NCBI GenBank assembly: GCA_040954595.2
Contig: CM082582.2
Coordinates: 992,001 to 1,056,000, forward strand
Reading direction: 5' to 3'
From: Balanoglossus misakiensis
Lineage: Eukaryota > Animalia > Hemichordata
DNA length: 64,000 nt
How positions within the stretch are numbered: position 1 is the first letter of the stretch; each line of letters opens with the position of its first letter. Below the pieces are notes generated by a model, which saw nothing but the letters and a program-made list of their open reading frames with translations, did not search any database and was not told the DNA's origin. Positions 12,103-26,084 of the stretch are shown here, one piece after another. The translations under genes and the position numbers were made by a program.

Positions 12103-14826
12103 GTGGCCAGTGTCGTGCCCATTAATTTTGAGTGTTTGGTGGGGTCAACCTTTGCGTCAACATTGATTAACCAGGCCATGCAGAGCTAGTGGCCAGTGTC
12201 GTGCCCATTAATTTTGAGTGTTTGGTGGGGTCAACCTTTGCGTCAACATTGATTAACCAGGCCATGCAGAGCTAGTGGCCAGTGTCGTGCCCATTAATTT
12301 TGAGTGTTTGGTGGGGTCAACCTTTGCGTCAACATTGATTAACCAGGCCATGCAGAGCTAGTGGCCAGTGTCGTGCCCATTAATTTTGAGTGTTTGGTGG
12401 GGTCAACCTTTGCGTCAACATTGATTAACCATGCCATGCAGAGCTAGTAGCCAGTGTCGTGCCCATTAATTTTGAGTGTTTGGTGGGGTCAACCTTTGCG
12501 TCAACATTGATTAACCAGGCCATGCAGAGCTAGTGGCCAGTGTCGTGCCCATTAATTTTGAGTGTTTGGTGGGGTCAACCTTTGCGTCAACATTGATTAA
12601 CCAGGCCATGCAGAGCTAGTGGCCAGTGTCGTGCCCATTAATTTTGAGTGTTTGGTGGGGTCAACCTTTGCGTCAACATTGATAAACCAGGCCATGCAGA
12701 GCTAGTGGCCAGTGTCGTTCCCATTAATTTTGAGTGTTTGGTGGGGTCAACCTTTGCGTCAACATTGATTAACCAGGCCAGAGCTTAGTGGCCAGTGTCG
12801 TGCCCATCAATTTTGAGTGTTTGGTGGGGTCAACCCTTGCGTCAACCTTGATTAGCCAGGCCAGAGCTTAGTGGCCAGTGTCGCGCCCATTAATTTTGAG
12901 TGTTTGGTGGGGTCAACCCTTGCGTCAACCTGGATTAGCCAGGCCAGAGCTAGTGGCCAGTGTCGTGCCCATCAATTTTGAGTGTTTGGTGGGGTCAACC
13001 CTTGCGTCAACATTGATTAGCTAGGCCAGAGCTAGTGGCCAGTGTCGTGCCCATCAATTTTGAGTGTTTGGTGGGGTCAACCGTTGCGTCAACCTTGATT
13101 AGCCAGGCCAGAGCTTAGTGGCCAGTGTCGTGCCCATCAATTTTGAGTGTTTGGTGGGGTCAACCCTTGCGTCAACATTGATTAGCCAGGCCAGAGCTAG
13201 TGGCCAGTGTCGTGCCCATCAATTATGAGTGTTTGGTGGGGTCAACCCTTGCGTCAACATTGATTAGCCAGGCCAGAGCTTAGTGGCCAGTGTTGCGCCC
13301 ATTAATTTTGAGTGTTTGGTGGGGTCAACCCTTGCGTCAACCTTGATTAGCCAGGCCAGAGCTAGTGGCCAGTGTCGTGCCCATCAATTTTGAGTGTTTG
13401 GTGGGGTCAACCTTTGCGTCAACCTTGATTAGCCAGGCCAGAGCTAGTGGCCAGTGTCGTGCCCATCAATTTTGAGTGTTTGGTGGGGTCAACCTTTGCA
13501 TCAACATTGATTAGCCAGGCCAGAGCTAGTGGCTAGTGTCGCGCCCATTAATTTTGAGTGTTTGGTGGGGTCAACCTTTGCGTCAACCTTGATTAGCCAG
13601 GCCATGCAGAGCTAGGGGCCAGTGGCGTGCCCATCAATTTTGAGTGTTTGGTGGGGTCAACCTTTGCGTCAACCTTGATTAGCCAGGCCATGCAGAGCTA
13701 GTGGCCAGTGTCGTGCCCATCAATTTTGAGTGTTTGGTGGGGTCAACCTTTGCGTCAACCTTGATTAGCCAGGCCATGCAGAGCTAGTGGCCAGTGTCGT
13801 GCCCATCAATTTTGAGTGTTTGGTGGGGTCAACCTTTGCGTCAACCTTGATTAGCCAGGCCATGCAGAGCTAGTGGCCAGTGTCGTGCCCATCAATTTTG
13901 AGTGTTTGGTGGGGTCAACCTTTGCGTCAACCTTGATTAACCAGGCCATGCAGAGCTAGTGGCCAGTGTCGTGCCCATCAATTTTGAGTGTTTGGAGGGG
14001 TCAACCTTTGCGTCAACCTTGATTAACCAGGCCATGCAGAGCTAGTGGCCAGTGTCGTGCCCATCAATTTTGAGTGTTTGGTGGGGTCAACCTTTGCGTC
14101 AACATTGATTAACCAGGCCATGCAGAGCTAGTGGCCAGTGTCGTGCCCATCAATTTTGAGTGTTTGGTTGGGTCAACCTTTGCGTCAACATTGATTAACC
14201 AGGCCATGCAGAGCTACATTGTAGTGGCCAGTGTCGTGCCCATCAATTTTGAGTGTTTGGTGGGGTCAACCTTTGCGTCAACATTGATTAACCAGGCCAT
14301 GCAGAGCTAGTGGCCAGTGTCGTGCCCATCAATTTTGAGTGTTTGGTGGGGTCAACCTTTGCGTCAACATTGATTAACCAGGCCATGCAGAGCTAGTGGC
14401 CAGTGTCGTGCCCATCAATTTTGAGTGTTTGGTGGGGTCAACCTTTGCGTCAACATTGATTAACCAGGCCATGCAGAGCTAGTGGCCAGTGTCGTGCCCA
14501 TCAATTTTGAGTGTTTGGTGGGGTCAACCTTTGCGTCAACATTGATTAACCAGGCCATGCAGAGCTAGTGGCCAGTGTCGTGCCCATCAATTTTGAGTGT
14601 TTGGTGGGGTCAACCTTTGCGTCAACATTGATTAACCAGGCCATGCAGAGCTAGTGGCCAGTGTCGTGCCCATCAATTTTGAGTGTTTGGTGGGGTCAAC
14701 CTTTGCGTCAACATTGATTAACCAGGCCATGCAGAGCTAGTGGCCAGTGTCGTGCCCATTAATTTTGAGTGTTTGGTAGGGTCAACCTTTGCGTCAACAT
14801 TGATTAACCAGGCCATGCAGAGCTAC
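12103..14826 (+). repeat. Tandem satellite, 86-bp unit (82-83 bp variants), about 32 copies
   Basis: Unit gtggccagtgtcgtgcccattaattttgagtgtttggtggggtcaacctttgcgtcaacattgattaaccaggccatgcagagcta; consecutive starts at 12103 and 12189. Confidence 0.97.
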
Positions 14827-15435
14827 ATGTATGTTGCCTGTAAGGCACACATCTCCAATTGGTACATTGGGCCTATCATACTGTACATGTACAACTAGGA
14901 AAATGTACTTCATCATATTTCCATAGTCAGCAGCTTCAAGAACATGTTGCCTTCTCTATATGAATGTTTAGACTAAAAAGAAGTATAAGAAGAATAAAGT
15001 TGTCCAATTATTGTTGGCAGGGGGTGGGGATGTGTGCTCCCATACAAATGTATATGGGTATGTACTCTTTAAGAAAAACGTTCATATGCAAGAGAAAAAT
15101 GGTAAATGACAAAGAAAATTTGACTGGTATTACAATAGGTCGGGTTTTTGGCATTTACACATATTGATGTTATCAACCGGGAAGCACACTATGTGCTGAA
15201 AATAATTGGAGACCTCTCGCCCGGGGTGTCGGCCAGTGGCCACATACATTTCCAGTCCTAAACCTTGCATCAGTTCTGTGGTGCGGATTAAAAAATAAGA
15301 TTGGCGCTACAATATGCCCACTTAGTTTGAAATGGATTCTGCATATATACATGTAAACACATTGAAAATGAGATATTACACATATAATCATGGGACAAGA
15401 AGGGCAAAAATTAAATTATCCAGCAGGTGTTCGAA

Positions 15436-16100
15436 TTATGCAAATTAGAACAGTTGTGTAATATTGCCATGTCAACCACGTTGAAATTGTTTTAGGTACC
15501 CATATTAATTGAAACCGTGAAAATGCGATATTACACACCATATAAGACAAACCAGGGAAATTTACATGTTAGAGAAGTTTGTCGGCAATTTTGGATTATG
15601 CAAATTAGAACAGTTGTCTAATATTGCCATGTCAACCACGCTGAAATTGTTTTAGTTACCCATATTGATGAAAACCCTGCAAATGCGATTTTAGGCACCA
15701 TATAAGACAAAACAGGGAAATTTACATTTAAGAAGAGTTTGGTGGCCATTTTGGATTATGCAAATTAGAACAGTTGTCTAATATTGCCATGTCAACCACG
15801 CTGAAATTGTTTTAGTTACCCATATTGATGAAAACCCTGCAAATGCGATATTACACACTATTAAAGACAACCATAGTAAATTTACATGTTAGAGAAGTTT
15901 GTCGGCCATTCTAGATCATGCAAATTAGAACAGCTGTCTAACATTGCAATGTCAACCACGTTGAAATTGTTTTAGGTACCCATATTGATGAAAACCCTTC
16001 AAATGCGATACTACACACTATTTAAGACGACCATAGGAAATTTACATGTTAGAGGAGTTTGGCGGCCATTTTGGACTATGCAAATGAGAAGAGTTGAACA
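15436..16100 (+). repeat. 160-bp tandem repeat, ~4 copies (~1.5 copies in the right arm at 41565-41810)
   Basis: caaattagaa recurs at 15441, 15601, 15761 and 15921, with a variant at 16081. Confidence 0.9.
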
Positions 16101-19100
16101 AAAAATGCCATATTTGCAATGCTGTTGTCTTGTTTTGGGTGCCTATGTTAAGGCTTGAAAATGAAAGCTTATTCACCATTTTGGCACAAACAGTGGCGAG
16201 AAGGTGTTCCAATGTAACTTAGAAGAGTTGCCATATTTGCAATACAGTTATATTGTTTAAGGTATGAATGCAAATCCTGAATATTAGATTTATAACAATT
16301 TCATTGGAAAGAACATTTGTAGGTTCATCATTGACCCCATAGGACTGTCAACTCGACTACAGACAGTCTCGATGAACACAAGACATGATCCCAATTTGCA
16401 AGCTGAGTTGAAACTGACTGCTGCAGTAACTTTAGCTCTGGGAATGTCTTGTGTGATTTAAAGCAATTGATGACCAAATTTAACACAGTTTCTCTGAGGT
16501 AACCACTTAGCTTTCGTGACTGGTTGTTTAAGAATCCAAAAAACATGAATTCTACCCAATGCATTCAACCCTTAGAATTTCACAACTGTAACAGAGTTTG
16601 CAGTCATGCACAAAAGTGTGTATCATACACATAAGAAATTTCTCACATGTATTTTTATGATGGCAATGCATTTGACTGTAAACAAACATTGACATCAATC
16701 AGTAGCGCTATTTTGTCAGTGAAATGGCTTCATCATCATCCCTCCAACCAAAGTTGAAACTGAGTTGCAAATATTGCACAGCTTGAAATCATAAAATGTT
16801 GCAAAATTGAACCAACAGTTCGGTCAATGATCAAGTTCTTACAGCTATTATTAGAACCAGACAATCTCAGCGAACAAGAGACATGGGCCTTATTTGCAAG
16901 TCGAGTTAGAACTGCCTTTGCCTGCCCACGGACGCCCCAGTTTCAGCAAAAATTATTGCATTAAAATGTGAGTATGGAGAACTATGCTCTGTGTTCCTTT
17001 TGTTAGCTTACATAGCTGTTGTCATTCTAGTTTTTCCTCTGTCCTGTGAACAGAGTTTCAGTTGCGAAAACCGACAGTTCTTAAAGTACAAAAGTACACC
17101 TAAATTGCCTCGGTGATGAGCATGCAGAATTTATCTGATGCTTTTTACTGGCAGAAGGACCCCACCAGTTGCAGATTGTCAATTCCATGGCACAAGGGAA
17201 TTTACGCTTTGCGTTCAAATATAAATAATTAACACCTGTTTAATTTTTCTATATGTTCTTTAGTGATGATTCAAAAGTATTATGACTGCTAGTGTGATTA
17301 ATATTCTATTTTCAAAATGTGTTTTTCTTAATGATTATGAATACATCAAAATTTATGCTTTAAAATTAAATCATTTTACCTGAAATATTGCAAATATTTG
17401 GAGGGTTGCATTTAATTTGAAGTTCTCGATCAAAGTTTTAGGCATAAAAAAGGTGCTACACCCCCGAAAAATTGGTAGCTATGAATTCAATTCAAAGAGT
17501 GTTGTAATGTCTGTTTTGCAACAGGGTGCCAGTTCAACAAAGCGCATGAGGATAGTAAATCACCTTTGTGAATTTTGTGCACCACAGTAAGAATTCCCTA
17601 GAAACTGCAAACTAAATTGCAAAGCAATCAGACAAAAATGGCAGTAATTGCCAAAAAAAAAAAAAAAAAATATTGTCACTTCCATCACTGGGTTTGTTAA
17701 ATTGTCATAAAATCACACCTAAAAACATGCAAACCAAATTTTAAAAAAAATGTGGGTAGAGGTTTCTGAGTATATGACGACCAAAATCACCCCAAAATAT
17801 ACTTCAAAAATGAAAAATAAAATCTGTATAAAGTCTCAATAACATAAATACACACCAATTTCTAAAGCAATCTGACCAGTACCTTCTTGAGTTTCTGAGT
17901 TTAGAACAATTTCACATTGGTCCCAATGGTATATTGACATATACAAAATTGGACCTAAAGAGTAAAACACATTTCAAAGATTTTACAATTAAAGCCTCAC
18001 AAGCTGCCAAATTTTACACATCTTTTTCCACAATAACATTTTTCAAATCATCCACCTATCCTTTAAAATCAGCACCATTGAGACATATTACTTGAATTTG
18101 CATGGGGTTTGTCATCTCTCTGCGATGTGTACCCTCCATATGGAGGCTGATTAAAACAGGTGTGGCGCTTGTTTAATATCTGACTTCTTTAAATTGCAAC
18201 ATACAGGCACATTCATTAGTCAATAAAATGTTCATGTATACCTATCAGTCAGTTTGTTTAGATGAACAAATCTAAGATGGAAAGTAATATCATGAAAATA
18301 CTGAAAGATTGGAAACTCTGAGTTTGAGTCTAAGGATAACAAGGGAACCTCTCTACTAATTGACGCACCAAAGCTATGAAAAACTTCCTTCTTTCCCTCA
18401 AATATTTTTTATGAATATGTTCTACTCCGTGATTAAAATTTCCCTTTTACCAAATGTACATATGTAAGAGACGTGATTTTTTCAGCAAAATTTCAATTGG
18501 CCTAGGGTGACTTTTTACCTACTTACCCATATTGGGTAGCATGAAACACAGAATGGCATACCAGTGGGTTAGAGATACAGCGTTTTATATTAACATGAAT
18601 TAACATGAAACTAAAAATTTGATGGTTTACTTAGGACTGCCTTGATCCATGGTAACCTCATTAAATATGTACATATCTAATTCTAGGCTATCCAGTTGCG
18701 GTAGAAACCTGGACATGGACAACTTTGGGGTCAAAATCTTTTGACAAAATGTTGGGTGATCTTGGGTAAACTTTGACCTACATTCCTATATCTTGGCATC
18801 CGGCACAGATACATCCCTGACACTTGGAGTGATGGAACTGCATAATGGAATATTATGTCTCAGCTAGTCACAGTGCTTTTGCTGTGTTTTATGTCTTTTA
18901 TTCAGCCAAATTAGATGTTTTTCATTACACATTGGCTGTGTTTGCCAGTACTTTTTAGCTGGTCACACTGCCTTAACACAATGTATTCTCAAAATACTCT
19001 GCAATCTTTATGAAGCATATACAGCAGACAAAGTTGTGGTAAGACTAAACTTGCCCTTCTTTGTGATTAAAGCATGACCGGCCTGTCTTAGGTGGCCCCT

Positions 19101-20298
19101 ACCTAGGGGCTTTACCCGTCATTGGCTCACAGTCTGAGAAATCAGCTCTGCAGGGAAGTTAACGATGTAACCCACCATTAAAGCTTGGATTTCCGCTTTT
19201 TGTATTTGATGCCTGGCTGAGGCCTTCTTAGGATCTACCCAACGCTGAGTAGGCTATCCCGTCATTGGCACACAGTCTCAGGGAGGGAGTCAAAAGTTCA
19301 GTATACCATCAAAGCCTTTATATTGTCCATTCTTTTTAAGAGAAGGCTGGCTGCTGTAGAAAAATGTTGATCTCAAATTTATCATGTCCAAAAAGCCAGA
19401 CTTCCAGCCCTATTGGTTAGGCTGGCATTAGGTAAGTACATAATTAATGAGGCAAGACATAATACTCAATCAAATAGTTCCATCACTCCAAGTGTCAAGG
19501 TTGTATCTGCTCCGGATGCTAAAATATAGGAATGTAGGTCAAAGTTTACCCAAGATCACACAAATGTTTGTCAAAAGATTTTGACCCCGAAGTTGTCCAT
19601 GTCCAGGTTTCTACTTCAGCTGAATAGCCTAGAATTAGATATGCACATATTTAACGAGGTTACCATTGCTCAGGGGGGTCTTAAATTAACCATCAAATTT
19701 TAGTTTCATATTAATGCATATTAATATAAAACACTGTATCTCTAACCCTACAGGTAAGCCTAGAATTAGGTACATGTACATGCGTAAGTTTTTGACAAGA
19801 CAGTTAAGCTGTAATATATGTACATGAACCTTGACAATTGACTTAAAATAACATAAAGGCAGAACTGATACTGATTGGAGATAGATATTACTAATGACAG
19901 TGATGTTAATTACACCAGGAATGTTTGTCTTAGTATACGGTAGCTAACCGACTGCTTGAGGTTAAGTAATGAAAGTGCCCACTTGCGATTCACCTTCAAA
20001 TAGCTACTTAGTCTTTGGTACATGTACATTGTTTTTCCAATGATTAGACAAATGATATACATACGTGTAATTAAGGTTGGGTAGCATTTTCAATGTAATA
20101 AGCCCTGCCTTCACTATAATCTTACACCAAATCAACACTGTTCAGTAATGTGATAGGCTTCAAAGCGACGCTAGTTACATCATAATTCCCAGCAAGGGGT
20201 ATTAGTTTATTGGGCAAGTGGCATGAGTGAGGCCAGACATTAGTTTTGGAAGCAAAGCGGACAGAACACTGCCGGGCATAGACTAGGTAGTTCTGAAT

Positions 20299-21793
20299 AG
20301 TCATGTTTCATAAGTCAGGTCCATGACATATGTACCGACATCTGTGATTGGTCCATCTGGTAATCTTAGGTCCACTTGAGGCACGGTGATTGGAGGGACC
20401 TTATGTGTTAGGTCTTATTATTATGTATTATTCACTAGACCTTGTAGGTTAGGTCTTATTACTATGTATTATTCACTTTACAGCTCCCTGATTGGTTAAT
20501 GTGTAGGTCTCCAATTTTCACTGCCTCGTTATGCAAAGTCTTTTGTACTTTCTGAATACAGTTGTCGTATTCTGTCTGGCATGCTGCCTGCGCGTTGTCG
20601 AAGCTCGATCCCAGTGTATAAAGAAAGGCACTCATATAATGATTGGATTTAACCTTTCCTTCACTATTCATGGCATTTTTTTGTGATACTGTGAACTAGA
20701 TACTCGAAATAAAAATTGCCAGGAGAATTTTTTTATTTTATTTCCAGTGGCGGTTTGTTGAAATGGGCTAGTGTTTTGTTACGTAATGCTTTTCAGCGCA
20801 TCACTTTGTGTAACACCTGGCTGAATACGAAGTGTGTGCTATTCATTCGAGCAAACCAAAAATATCTTACAATAGAACTGTTTAGAATAGCATTGCATTT
20901 CTTTAATTGGGATACCTCATTAGTTGCTTTACAGGTATGATTACTTTTATTGTACTTCTTTCACGAAGCTGCACCGTCATAGTTCCATTTTTATGAAAAC
21001 AATATACGAATGTATAAACGGACAACGTACTCCTTTTCACAACATCTACGTCAAAACAAATTTACTTTAAAATAGTAAAACAACAATAATAATATTGATG
21101 ATGAGAAGTAGGAGGGTGATTTAAGAAAATATACAACTGTTAGCAAAAATGCTTAGATGTGTTAATCAGATTTTCAAAGTCCATCTAAAAATCATTTAAT
21201 CTTTCCAGGGTGCGGTTTATGTTGGAGATAGTATCAGTCAGGCTATTTCTCAGAAAATTAATGAATGATCTGCGGACATCCCGAATAATGTGTTACCACA
21301 ACGCTAGCCAGGAAGCACATGGGACATTTCACAATGAGGCAGTGAACACTGGGAGACCAGACTGACACGTTAACCAATCAGGGAGCTGTATGGTGAATAA
21401 ATACATATTAATATGACCTAACCTACAAGGTCCTGTATTATGAGGCAGTGAACACATGGGGGACCAGACTGACACGTTAACCAATCAGGGAGCTGTAAAG
21501 CGAAAAATGCATAGTAATATGACCTAACCTACAAGGTCCTGTATTATGAGGCAGTGAACACATGGGGGACCAGACTGACACGTTAACCAATCAGGGAGCT
21601 GTAAAGCGAAAAATGCATAGTAATAAGACCTAACCTACAAGGTCTAGTGAATAATACATAATAATAAGACCTAACCTACAAGGTCCCTCCAATCAGCGTG
21701 CCGCAAGTGGACCTAAGAGAAGCGGATAAACCAATCAAAACATGCAATACATGTGTATAGGACGTGTAATGTAGGTCATTTTGAAACAGGACT
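20299..21793. mobile_element. Non-autonomous DNA transposon with 3-bp AAT TSD (PIF/Harbinger-like) and internal ~107-bp tandem subterminal repeats
   Basis: AAT|agtcatgtttca...tgaaacaggact|AAT. Subterminal IR 20365-20503/21580-21717. The empty site tctgAATgtgacc is present in the other arm (~34255-34270). Confidence 0.85.
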
Positions 21794-22765
21794 AATGTGA
21801 CCATGGACGTTACCACATTAGACTCTGTATTGTAAGTTTCTGAAGAATCGCAAAAAATCATCAACAGTCTACATGTACTTCAACCTTGTGAGAAGTACTG
21901 TATAACACACAGGATATACTAGTCACTGTTGGTCAGGTTATTACACACTGTGGTCCCATCTGGGGATTACACAAAATTAGGTATGTCTGTGTTCATGGGA
22001 AAAATCATGTGACATTGGCAAGCAGATATGACCTTCTGTAAGAACATTTCAAAGGAACCAGACAAGTACATTGTATTTTAGGGAAAACAACATTCAACAA
22101 TGACAAAAACTGCCTCAAACCACATCTATCCAACTATCAACAAATTGTATAATATCTACTTCAATCACCACGCCTACCAAAGTTGAAAGCAATCTGACTA
22201 GTAGTTTCAAAGAATACAAATTGCAAAAATTGCCCCAAGACCACAATATGTACATTTCACCAAAATGATATACAACATTACTTGGGTTACCTCTTGGAAC
22301 AAGCATACCAAAATTTAAAAGCAATCTAAGGAGTTTCTCAGAAAATGAATTTTGACCAAAAATGACAGATTACAAATTCTGCGACAATTTAAACAAAACC
22401 AACTAAGATCACCTACCGGAAGTGTCATACTAAATTCTAAAGAAATCAGCCAATCTCTTTAAGAGGAAAAGATTTTTTTTCAAATGGTAAAACAAGACAA
22501 AATAATTGCATGAAAATAGACAATTCACGATATAAACTCAAAGTATATCAGGTATGATGACATTACCTACATGCATACAAATGTTCAAAGCAGTCTAACC
22601 AGTTGTTGAGTTTTGATCAATTCCACATATTTCACAGGTTATTTGCGTATTTTTGCAATGACAACTTCATTTAAGCAAAATCCCATCTACACACCAAAAT
22701 AAAAAAAGCGTGGTTTCATGTTTTGGATCAGGGCAGAAATACATCCATATATACATGTAACATGC

Positions 22766-22858
22766 ATACACACATGTACACACACACACAAACACATGCA
22801 TACATGGCTGCATACATACATACATACATACATACATACATACATACATACATACATA
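22766..22858 (+). repeat. (CA)n/(CATA)n microsatellite, part of a DINE-like repeat
   Basis: Direct reading; shorter counterpart at ~33227-33270. Confidence 0.85.
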
Positions 22859-22906
22859 GGGAAACGGTCTGGTAATCAATGTTGTGACACTAGCATTAGG
22901 CCTTAA

Positions 22907-23361
22907 GCCCCGGTGCGGAAAGTACTGGGGTTCGGATTAACGTGTGTTTGTACAGTTGTTTATTTGGGAGTGGTCGTCGTGCATAATAACTGTGTAATTG
23001 ATCTCATGTACATAGAAAATAATTGAACACTTTACACCTCTATGCGATTGACAGCTGTTTGAATGGCGTGGTTATTGTTTCCCAGGGATGCTTCTGAAAA
23101 GCACTGAAACCAGATTTCTCCCAAAATCATCGTTGTTTCAAAAGCTCGTGTACTTTTTCATCGATAACTTTATGTTGTGTGTGTTTATAAAGCCAACCAC
23201 TGTCGTTGTGTGGTGTAATTCTTTATGCTTGGATCTGTTTGGGCCGATTTTCATAGAGCCAAGATCGTTAGAGCCAAGATCGTTGGTGTTGTCTGTTGTC
23301 AGTCAAACGGCATTAAGATTCGCCACTGATTTGGGGGGTCTTTTATACCACGCATCGGGGT
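22907..23361. mobile_element. TTAA-targeted non-autonomous DNA transposon (piggyBac/Kolobok class)
   Basis: TTAA|gccccggtgcg...cgcatcggggt|TTAA. The other arm has a single TTAA empty site (acaTTAAggcc ~33152). Confidence 0.8.
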
Positions 23362-24824
23362 TTAATGTTTACGATATCAGTTACGTTTATCAATTTATAT
23401 CATATGAAGTTTTATGTATTCATAATTATTCAGAGAAGCAAATTTTTAAAAATGTGAAATTATTATCAATCGGATGTGCACTGACAGCATGCTTATATGG
23501 AATACAGGTACTCTAACACAATCAGTCAAAACACTTTTGAATCATCAATAAATAACATATAGAATAATTTTACAGGATTTAATTATTTATATTTGAACGC
23601 AAAGCGTAAATTCCCTTGTGCCATGGAATTCACAATCTGCAACTGGTGGGGTCCTTCTGCCAGTAAGAAGCATCAGATAAATTCTGCATGCTCATCACCG
23701 AGGCAATTTAGGTGTACTTTTGTACTTTGATAACTGTCGGTTTTCGCAACTGAAACTCTGCTCACAGGACGGAGGAAAAACTAGAATGACAACAGCTATG
23801 TAAGCTAACAAAAGAAACACAGAGCATAGTTCTCCATACTCATATTTTAATGCAATAATTTTTGCTGAAATTGGGGCGTCCGTGGGCAGGCAAAGGCAGT
23901 TCTAACTCAACTTGCAAATCAGGCCCATGTCTCTTGTTCCCTGAGACTGTCTGGTTCTAATAATAGCTGTAAGAACATAATCGTTGACCAAAGGGTTGGT
24001 TCAATTTTGCAACATTTTATGATTTCAAGCTGTGCAATATTTGCAACTCTGTTTCAACTTTGGTTGGAGGGATGATGATGAAGCCATTTCACTGACAAAA
24101 TAGCACTACTAACTGACATCCATATTTGTTTACAGTCAAATGCATTGCCATCAGAAAAATGCATACGAAAAAATTCTTATGTGAATAATACACACTTTCT
24201 TGCACAACTGCAAACTCTGTCACATTTGTGAAATTTTAAGGAAATTCATTCATTGGGTAGCTTTATGAATTCTTAAACAAACTTAGTCATGAAACCTAAA
24301 TGGTTACCTTACACATCTGGCGGCTCGACTTCTGTGATATGATAGTCTTCAATTAATGTGTATGTGATTCCATACAAATCCATATGATTACCTGAACGTA
24401 CAAAATAAATAAAAAATAAAAAATAAATTAAAAATAAATAAGTATCTCATACATATGCATAAGTGCTTGTGATAAATATATCCTGTATTTAAATAAACCT
24501 GTCATTTATTGACCTCGTTTTCCTATTAACCCAAAGGACTAGATTGCACTGTAATATTATTACAGCTTCATTTCAATGCAACAGGTACACTACATCATAT
24601 TGGAGCAAATATGCCAGCTCAACATTGATATAAAGAGTGTCAAAATATTGGTGGCTACAAAAGCTTGTGTCCCTTCAATCCATCCTCGCACTCAGGTGAA
24701 AACGAACGTCATTAGTTTTTGGGAAAAAACCTCTGAAATCAATTTCGGTGAGGCCAAATGTGTTCCAAAGGCAAACCGCTTCTGGTAAACAAATCAATGG
24801 CAAATAATTACTTCGGCGACATAC

Positions 24825-25015
24825 CAATCAGTCAACATGGCTGCCTAATCGTTGGATAGCCCGGTTTCATCTCGCGATCATTCTGTCTTCCGATATGGCG
24901 TTGCATGGTTAAATTCGTCTCTTCTTTGCCGACATAGTCAGGCGACAGCGGTCCAGAAGCATAGGCAGCGACGCCATCTTGTTTACAATGTGAAGTATCG
25001 ACTGCGCATGCTCAA
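24825..25015 (-). promoter_or_regulatory. Candidate promoter/first exon (NRF1-like GCATGCGCA, YY1-like AAGATGGCG, GT donor)
   Basis: CpG-rich, with the motifs in housekeeping-promoter order and donor ttg|gtatgt; mirrored at 31311-31502. Confidence 0.45.
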
Positions 25016-26084
25016 TAATTTTCCGCGTTTTTTTTTTGCCAACGGCGCGCGCGCGGTGTCTGGTATAGAGAAAATAACATGCAAGTGCGCGATTATTCAT
25101 TTGTAAAAAATCAGTTATACATTTGTCATCAACGTTTGAAAACTTTCAATGATCTTACCTCGGTAAGCATTTCAAATAGGTACATTTTTATTTAGAACCA
25201 TCGTATGTGGAAAATAATAAAACACAGAGTGGGGATTGGCCCTATGTTTGACTTGATCATACCCAGCTCGGTTTGCGTTTTGTCATTGACGAGGGTGTCA
25301 GACTTTTGCTGAGAGAGTGAGTTTCTATAGCGTAAACGTTTATCGACTGGACTTTCTGTGCGCCAACAATTACATTATTTTTGGCCGGGGAACACGTGCA
25401 ACTTTTGATGACTGTTTTTCTAGCGCCGTGTTTTTATCTTACGACCTAGAATACCTGCTTTCGTCACCATGGTCTGCTCTGCACGTACTATGCTTTCCAG
25501 TTTATGTAGCTTGAAGTTGTACCACATTTTGGTTTCCGAGCTGTAGCGAACATAAAACCGAAACTAATAGCTACGTGTTGACCGCAGCGACTGCGTGTTT
25601 TTTTGTTGTATTCCCAACCTACAGTTTATTCTCATGCAGCTCAGACTGAGGTCGCTTCTAAGAGAAAAAACAACAACATATTTTGGCTGCTGCCAGACCA
25701 GGAATGGAAAATCTTGAGTGGCGCTGGGCTGCATTTCTCTGTAGGACTGTAGTTGTATTGTGCAAGGGTTCGCCAGCATCGCCTTCAGACTTGTTGTCAT
25801 AGTCACTGGTGGCGGTTTGTCCTGCACTACTCGTCGTTCTATTTGATGCGGTGGTATTATTCCCAGATGTCTGTGCCGAGGATCCTGCCCGTTTTCCGAT
25901 TCTCTTCGTTTTGTCGGCCATTTGCTTCACTTTTTCTGTCATTGTTGCGACGTCAGTCTCTGTTGTTGTTCGAAGGAGGCGAAAGTCCATTCACCATTAA
26001 TAGCCGAATTTCCAAGATCGTCCGTTAATTACAATGCGACGTCACGCTACCATGTCCTAAGAAAGACTACAGGGCACATTTTTT

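Larger units (their letters stand above)
14832..25015 (+). repeat. Left arm of ~27.6 kb inverted duplication
   Basis: Collinear reverse-complement matches: 14832-15170/42140-42477, 16340-16560/41200-41397, 18850-19470/35080-35700, 24240-24680/31845-32280, 24693-25015/31311-31632. Confidence 0.92.

Noticed and set aside
12103-14826. CRISPR-like array
   Set aside because: The units are whole tandem copies with no unique spacers, there are no cas genes, and the context is eukaryotic.
14824-14840. TSD defining the 27.6 kb palindrome as one insertion
   Set aside because: The ends read TG...CA, but the flanks (acatgta vs caggttg) are not duplicated, so single-element status is unproven.
25658-25990. 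110-aa Thr/Ser-rich ORF in the palindrome spacer
   Set aside because: Low complexity, overlapping ORFs on both strands, and no domain or splice support.
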